DNA of 63,884 nt, filler included, from Olpidium bornovanus S191 (taxonomy: Eukaryota; Fungi; Olpidiomycota): the NCBI GenBank assembly GCA_017911155.1. It is 28 parts of 28 records of this genome, joined end to end, with 100 filler letters (N's around TTAATTAATTAA, not from the genome) between each part and the next. Parts side by side here need not be neighbours in the genome. Positions count along the whole stretch, not along the records: positions 55,955 to 58,711 come from JAEFCI010003485.1; positions 58,812 to 60,667 come from JAEFCI010006762.1; positions 60,768 to 63,884 come from JAEFCI010003495.1; 25 more parts are not named here. The stretch is one strand, 5' to 3'. Numbering within the stretch: the first letter of the stretch is position 1; every line of letters starts with the position of its first letter. This document shows positions 57,010 through 63,884 of this stretch, piece after piece. A model generated the notes under the pieces. The model was not told where the DNA came from. It saw nothing but the letters and a program-made list of their open reading frames with translations, and did no database searches. A program made the translations under genes and the position numbers.

Positions 57010-58035
57010 CGGCCTGACCTCTCGCGGCGGCGGACCGTTTTCTCTCTTTCACAGGACCGCGCCGTGCCAAGCTGATTGCGGTGCTCCGCGGGTTCACCAA
57101 GGTCGCCACAGATACCTCGCGCGCTTTCAGGCGAGGACCGCGGGAGCGCGGTCCGGCAGCTCGAAGAACCTGCTTGCACCGCACGTTGCGGAAGAGAGAG
57201 AGATGGGGCCCGTTGGCGGCGGGGCGAGGCGGGGCTGCGGGGCGGGCGAGCGGACGGGTTGCCGACGCCGAGGTTAAAAGTTGCCGCCGAGAGTAATTTT
57301 ATTCCGATTCCTCCTTTAGTAAACCTTTGGAAGGCAAACAGGTCCGCACCCCATGAGCAGACATGCAGCGAGGTCTTTCCGCCATGGCGTCACTCGCGTT
57401 CTCGCGAGAAACAGGTCGGTGATACTGGCGGAAGTAAGGCACACGCTGCGGCATAGCACCGGCCTGGCGGTTCCTGACAATTTGTTTTCTTAATAGAATT
57501 GGACAAGCAAATGCCGGGTTGGCGAATTTCTCGAGGGCAGAAGTCAGCAGAATTGGGGAGTTCTGCTCCATTGTTCGGCACGCCAATTTGCCGTCCAGCT
57601 CTGCAAAATTTTGGGCCCGCAAGCGTTTTGTTTTACGCTGCGAGAAACCCGATCTCTCACACGTGATGGCCGACGAGCTCATTGTCGTTACGAAGGAACC
57701 ATTCGGCTATGAGCGGCATTCAACCTCGGAATCGTGGAAGGAGCTCACGGGGAAAACGAGGTTGCCATATGTGCCATCTCATGTCTGTTTGTTGTGCGGA
57801 TTTTTTTCTCGTCGTTTGTATTTTTTTTTTCCTGCTGAACACTCGTGTTATGAGTGGTATCAACACCCACGGGAACGATGGCGCCTCCAAGAGCATTGTT
57901 CCTCACGAAACTGCCTCCCGTTATTCCCTGCAGTGTGCGAAGAAGAGGAAGAAACGCCTCCACTAGCACGATAAATCAGCCATCGCGTGCTGCCGCCTCC
58001 GGAATACCGTCGCCAATTTTTTCTTTTATTTCATT

Positions 58036-58711
58036 TTAGCATTTTTTTTCTTTTTTTAACGCTGCAGCTTTCAGCGGTACGGGCGATACGCACATTTTGG
58101 AGGCAGAGGTGGTGCCATCTTTGTTGCCGCCAGGCCTGGTCTCGCGCGCATCACGGTAGTCAATGCCAGGCTTGTTCTCCTCGTTGGCCTCGACCATCCG
58201 GCCGTTACGCTGAAGACGCTCATCAGCTCTGCTAAACTCGAAAGTTGCCACGGGTGCAACATCGTCGAGCGCTCCCCACAGCTCGTTCATCCTTTGAGAA
58301 AAAGGACACATGTCCTCCAGCTTTGCGTCTACGGAGAAAATCCCCGCCATGCGGCCTTTCCCCTCAACCCCAAACCCATTTTGCTTCATTTCCCGCGTTG
58401 TCTCCCTGAATTTTACCAGGTATTTCTCGACGCTGTGAAGGTCGCGTTTGAGCATAAAACTCGTTTGATGTTTTTCCGGATGACTGTGGGCGCACCGCCG
58501 CCGTTCCAACACTCGAAGTTTTCCTGATTCTCAAACCAGGAAACCAGGAATTCGTAGTGCTCTTTTGCAAAGCAAAGCTTTGGCTCCGCAGCCATGATCT
58601 CTTCCGCGCTGCCGAACTCTAATTTCACCATCCTGTTGACGACGTCTTCGTCGAGTGGCAGAGACAGCGGAGGTCGGAGTGGGACGTGCGAGTCCACCGG
58701 GAAGTCCGAAC
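58036..58711 (-). CDS. Probable coding fragment resembling the post-catalytic region of Kin1/MARK kinases (tentative)
   Basis: DSHVPLRPPLSLPLDEDVVNRMVKLEFGSAEEI resembles fungal Kin1 NYLPxREPLxLPLDPEVIxxMTGFxFGxxExI; the kinase domain itself is not present. Confidence 0.35.
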
Positions 58712-59809
58712 NNNNNNNNNNNNNNNNNNNNNNNNNNNNNNNNNNNNNNNNNNNNTTAATTAATTAANNNNNNNNNNNNNNNNNNNNNNNNNNNNNNNNN
58801 NNNNNNNNNNNCCCCGCTGAACAGCAGCCGTCATCTGTTGTCGCCGGACACGGTTGGCGGTGAAAATGATGAAGGGCTAGCGGAAGGTTTCTCGGATAGA
58901 GTGATGGAGTGATGAATTCAGCATACGGCATGGCATGGGGCGAAGACCGGAGTGGTCAAATCCTGCGCAAAACGCGGCACGGATTTATTCGGATTATATT
59001 CGTGAGGTTGGTACATCCGCACTTGAGGCGGAACCTTGTGGGAAATGCGGGTGTGAATTATTTGCAATCGGGGAACTCTCGAATTCCGAATCCCCGTAGG
59101 ATCTAGCTGCCCGTCCTGCATTCTGGGCGCACACATTTCCCGCACGAAAGATGTATTTGTTTCGGACGGCGCCGGCACGCTCCTCATGGCGCCTTCGCTC
59201 CCCTTCTGGGGCGTCGACCGCGGCTGCCGCAAAGCGAAATGGGAGCTGGCGGCGCCCCGGGAGACTCGGAGCGGCGCTCCTGCCTTTTTCGGATTTGGCT
59301 CCAGGATGCGCGGTGACGTTCTCGGGCTCGCGAGCGACGCGACGTTTTTTTAACTTGGCCACCTCACCTTCGCGCACGACACCCACGGTGTCCCAGCCGG
59401 GACCGCCGCCATCATCGCGCCAGGTCAGAGCTCCTGGCACGGCAGCCCATGAAAGCGTCGTTACCTATGCGATTTCTCGTCGCTTCTGTCGCGCGCCGCC
59501 TGCTCGGCCTCTGAGGAACGCGGCGGCGGGGAGAACGGCGGGCTGTCGGCGGGGGCGCGGCGGGCCAACCGCCTACTTACACCCGCTCACCCCCTGGCCC
59601 GGGAGAGAGGAGAGCCCAGAAACCGACCGCAAAAATACTGGCCAAGCGAACAGAAGAAAACAGGCGGGCGAAGACGGCGACGGCGACGACGACAGCTGCG
59701 GCGAGGAGGAGAAAGACAGGGAGGACGAACGAGCGGGGTCCACGAGCAGCCGCGAAGGATAAACATATAGGAAGAAAAAGAAAACGCGGGCCGACGGCTG
59801 GTTATCAGA

Positions 59810-60648
59810 ATGGCTCTCAGCCGGCTGAAGAACAAAGGTGTGTGCCAAGCCTTTCGTGGCGTCCTTGTCCCGCGTCTGTCTTCTCCCAGGCGAAAGTTCC
59901 ACCGCGCCTTCCCTTTACGGTTCAGCACCGCTTTCAACACGCCTCTCACATCGGGTGTGTGGTGGTTGGAAAAACCCTCCTGCGAATTACACGCCGCCCT
60001 GTTGATTGACTGCCCCTGTTTCACCCCCGTCCAGGCCCAACGCAGGTGAAGCCGCCATCGTCTCGTCGCCTTTGCCACGAGACTTTTGTCTGTCCGCAGC
60101 AGGAAACTCGTGTTCCGAAGCTGGCAGTCGTCTGCCGACCCGGTAGCTTACGCAGCATCTCACCACTGTAGGCCGAGATTTTCATGCTCACTTGCGCTGA
60201 CATCGCCAACGAGCTGATACTGGCATACAAGGCAGGCAAGGACGTTAACCTCAACGCGCTCAGGGCGCGCTCTGCCCGGAAGTTCAAATGTGCCGGGCAG
60301 CCGCGGCTTGTGGACATCATCGCGGCGGTACCTGAAGAGTATAAGAGCCTCCTGCTGCCGCGGCTAAGAGCGAAACCGATACGTACTGCGTCCGGGGTGC
60401 GTTCGCCGTATCCCGCAACGAGCATGGGGGAGGGGGGGGTTGGGGTTGTCCTTGCCTGAGCCCTAATAATTCCCGCTGTTTTGCCTTCCGCGAAAAGATC
60501 GCAGTCGTTGCGGTGATGTGTAAGCCTCACCGGTGCCCGCATATTGCCATGACGGGGAATATCTGGTAAGCGCGAAACCTCTTTTGCACGATCTGTCGGT
60601 TTCTTGTTCCGGTGTTAACCCCGTGTTCTTGCGAAACAGCGTATACTG
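59810..60648 (+). CDS. ELP3: Elongator complex protein 3 (radical-SAM tRNA U34 acetyltransferase), 5' exons, 3' partial
   Basis: [12 protein letters not shown]...[32 protein letters not shown]|[22 protein letters not shown](C)|(C)VY(C); exons 60172-60396, 60498-60565 and 60640-60648. Confidence 0.96.
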
Positions 60649-60767
60649 GTACGGCCGACAAAGGCTANNNNNNNNNNNNNNNNNNNNNNNNNNNNNNNNN
60701 NNNNNNNNNNNTTAATTAATTAANNNNNNNNNNNNNNNNNNNNNNNNNNNNNNNNNNNNNNNNNNNN

Positions 60768-61911
60768 ACATGTTGGTCACAAACCTTGGCATCAACCAGG
60801 AAGAGTGCAAAGCTGAAGAGAAGGTATTCAAAAACGTTTAGTCTTATTCGTATTCTCGATTCTGCCCCGCGTGCGATGCCGGTATACACGCCGCCGGGTG
60901 TCATCGGCGACGTCGGAGGGAAGGCCTCTGGTCCAAAGCTCGATGCGCCAAAGGACACGCCGCCCCAAGATCGGGGCCCTACAGCCGGCGTGTCCGCAGC
61001 CAGTTCATAACGCCCGGCGTAAATCGAGGGCAGCGACGAAGTCATTCGTGATAGTAACATGAGTTGAGTCGGCCGCTAAACATAAAGCTCGACTAAGCAT
61101 CTTTCTACAGCGCGCTTCACCCGCCGAACGCTCATCGCTTACAGGCAGCTTATCCGGCAGGACGTATAACACCCAGGCATCACCGGAGTTCTGCATTGCC
61201 GCTCGGAAAAGCGGGCCGCTTGGCTTCAAAAACGCTAGAACCGCATCCTGATCTCGCTGCGATAAACGTGACCGAAGCCACCCGCTTGCGTGGGACCGCG
61301 CGAGAAAGTATTCGCGTTAACGACCTGCTGACTCCAAATCGTTGCGGGCACTCTCATACTGCTCTCCGGAAACGCCCGCCGACGTACTTCTTTCCAAACA
61401 CGACGGCGCACAAAGGGACGGTCCAGGCATAGAGAAGCATAGGCAAATCCTGAGCACGCGACAGTGCGCGCGCGAGCTGCTCGCAGGTCTCGTACACGGA
61501 GCACGTCTGGGCAAGAACATTGTTCAACGATTCCAGCTGATGGACGGTCATAGCAGCTACTGGTGACGCGTCTGCCCTGCTAGACCGTCCGACGTAACCA
61601 AAGTGGCTGCCCGCGCTGGCGAGAGATCCCGGGGAGCTGGCCGGTGTGGTGGTCAGCACCAAGCCAGGCGACTTGCCGGGATACAAATGCGGCACACGGC
61701 TTCCCCCAGAAAGGGAGGCAGAGGTGGCCATTGTTGCTCGCGCCCCGGCAGTTCCCGCGAAGAGCCTGTCGAAGTGGACTGGTCCACCGTCTCCTCCCGC
61801 TCCCCCAGATCCTTCGCCGGTAGGGAACACCGGTCGCGACGGTGTCCGCGACGGTGTCCGCGACGGTGTCCGCGACGGTGTCCGCGACGGCTTCCGCGAC
61901 GGTGTCTCCAT
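60768..61911 (-). CDS. SMPD4 (neutral sphingomyelinase 3/NET13)-like protein, 5' part
   Basis: PLCAVVFGK, FLKPSGPLFRAAM...VLPDKLP and RLNVFEYLLFSFALFLV align in order with SMPD4 PWLVESIFG, FLDPGGPMMKLV...FPVSYLP and LNPFEYYIFFFALSLI (recalled, not computed). Confidence 0.55.
61835..61906 (-). repeat. Six tandem 12-bp coding repeats (CGCGACGGTGTC) encoding (S-R-T-P)n
   Basis: Direct reading; five identical units and one variant, immediately after the ATG at 61911. Confidence 0.92.
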
Positions 61912-62036
61912 GGTGTTCGGTTCAGTTTTCCTTGCGTGCGATTCCGGCTCCTCCAAAACAGAAAAGTTCTGCGACTAAAAATTTTCCTGGCAAGCGGCGC
62001 TGCAGGAAACCGCCGAGAAACGCAACTCCCTTGCCT

Positions 62037-63884
62037 ATGGCCTCCGCTCCACCAGCCTCGCCAGCCGGGACGGCGACTCGCGGGTCGCATTTGCCATCCC
62101 CTTTGGGAGGTATCTACCCAACGCGCAACGCCGGGGGGTCCTCCTTGCCGCGGTTTCTTTGTCGCCCGGCTGATACGTTTGCCTCGCTCCAATCCTCCGC
62201 CCCCGCGACCAGCGTCGAAGCGGCCGTCGTTCAACCACCGACTTTCATCGCCGGGGCGGCGGCAGTCGATATATGGCAGCGAGGATCGCGTGGTGCTTGA
62301 CATAGGCTCGCGATACATCAAAGTCGGGTTCTCGGACGGCCCCCGGCCACGGCACATACTCGAGGTTAGGTTGCCGCGTGGCGTACGCCATGGTGGACAG
62401 GGCGAAGGGTGCGGGGAAGGGTGCACGCAACAAACTGTCGTGAGTCTTGGCGCCATTTTGGCGCGCACACCGTTTAGAGGCTTGACTGGGGTACGGTCGT
62501 TCAGACATTTACGGCAGACTCCGCCCGCGTAGGCTGACGACCTGTTCGGCCTCGATCTTGCAAAGCGGGACGAGGCTCTTCTTCAAGCTACCATGGAGCG
62601 CCTGATTAGAGACGTATACTTCAAGTGAGCAACGGACAGGCAGCGATATTTTATTGATCAGCAATATTTTTAGTCCTCAAATTGTTTCACTAACACCCCC
62701 CGCAGTTACCTGCTTGCAGATCCTAAAGATCGGAGGGTCATCGTCTGCGAGCCACCATTGATGCAGCTGCCGCTGAAACGCGTCATATGCAATATTTTGT
62801 TCCGGCAGTTGCAGGTAACTGGTTGCCTTATTATAAAACTCAGCGCTTCGTCCCGTTGAAGCGCGTTTTGACCTTGGTTTTGACCAAACGATAAGGTCCC
62901 ATCGGTGTCATTCATAAATCACCATCTGCTGGCTCTATTGACAACTGGTTCGACCGAAGGGATTGTCGTCGACTGCGGGAACTTGGAAACATCCGTATTA
63001 CCGGTGACGTCCCACCCTCTGTCCATTGGCAGCGAGGCGAATTCACAACCGTTAGCTAACGCCAATGTGCCCATCACGGCGGTGTAGATCTTTGATAATC
63101 GTCCACTCTTTCCTTTTATCAGCACGACGCCACGAGCGGGGCTGGCCCTCGTGCGTCGGCTGTCGTGCATTCTGCGCACAGACCTTGGCCGGAGACTGAG
63201 CCGTGAAACGCTCGAAGACGTGCAGGCTCGCCTTCTTTTTGTCGCGCCGACGGTGCCCGGAATGGGCGCAAGCTCAACCCCCTTAACCTTTGCCAGCGAA
63301 GAAGAGGAGGCGACGTTTGCCTGGCAATTGAAGGAAGTTTGGGCTTTCAAGACCTGTGCTCACCAGTCTATCTACAAGCTTCGGACGGAGTGGGAGGGAA
63401 CTGACAACGAGGTGGTTATACCCGGATGGGTTCGCGAGAGAACGGCGGAAGTATTGTTTGAGAATGACGAGGACGCTAAAGGGATTGCCGAGTGCCTGCT
63501 CGAAACTTTTCTCAAGGTCGGTGCTGGCCGCCGGATATGGGGTAATGCCTTTTCTGAGAAAGTGCGCGGTTTGCGGGCCCACACGAGTCAAGCTAAACAG
63601 TAGTCGCGTCTGCGACAGATGCCACGTGACCTGCGTGCCGCCCTCGCACCCAAGATGCTGCTGGTCGGGGGCATTGCTCACATCCCCAACTTCCGCATTC
63701 GTCTGAGCCGTCAGATAGCTGTTGTTGTAGGGACCAGGAAACGCTATCGATGTATGGCCGGCCTGGTGTCAAAGTTTGCTTTCTATGACGACCCTCCGCG
63801 GACCGCCGAGGAGGGAACAGGTTCCAAACCGGCGGATTCGCGAGGCGCAGCGTTCTTGCCGAACATCAGAGCCTGGGTTGGAGG
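62037..63884 (+). CDS. ARP10: Actin-related protein 10 (dynactin pointed-end subunit), multi-exon, 3' partial
   Basis: EDRVVLDIGSRYIKVGFS, YLLADPKDRRVIVCEPPLM, VPSVSFINHHLLALLTTG...GIVVDCGNLETSVLP, VIPGWVRERTAEVLFE and LLVGGIAHIPNFRIRL. Confidence 0.9.

Overview
This is not one contiguous locus. It is 28 short contigs (about 1-4.4 kb each) joined by 27 artificial spacers of roughly N45-TTAATTAATTAA-N44, which place stop codons in all six frames, so adjacency across spacers carries no meaning. The DNA is from a GC-rich, intron-rich eukaryote with GT-AG introns. Fungal-type Ras2 and G-beta, together with axonemal genes (CFAP65 and an EFCAB5/IQCK-like docking-domain protein), point to a flagellated (zoosporic) fungus; Olpidium or a chytrid is my inference and cannot be confirmed here. 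Recognisable gene fragments: PEX16-like, STK19, UTP14, a tandem-GAF sensor, a tetraspanin, Ras2, a bacterial-type CysK, WDR59/Sea3, SLC41/MgtE, a GBP-family GTPase with an N-terminal hydrophobic segment, a RasGEF, the eIF3a C-terminus, a complete ~730-aa secreted Gly-Tyr/Thr-Val modular protein, glucosidase II beta, G-beta, a CCHC zinc-knuckle protein, CFAP65, GPATCH1, ELP3 (with a 9-nt micro-exon), an SMPD4-like gene and ARP10. Degenerate Ty1/copia and Ty3/gypsy pieces are also present. The most unusual non-coding signals are a 1.2-kb quasi-palindromic heptamer satellite interrupting a copia integrase, a 178-bp higher-order repeat, and a hairpin-rich segment containing a telomerase-template-like AACCCTAACCCTAAC. 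No tRNA, rRNA or CRISPR array was recognised.
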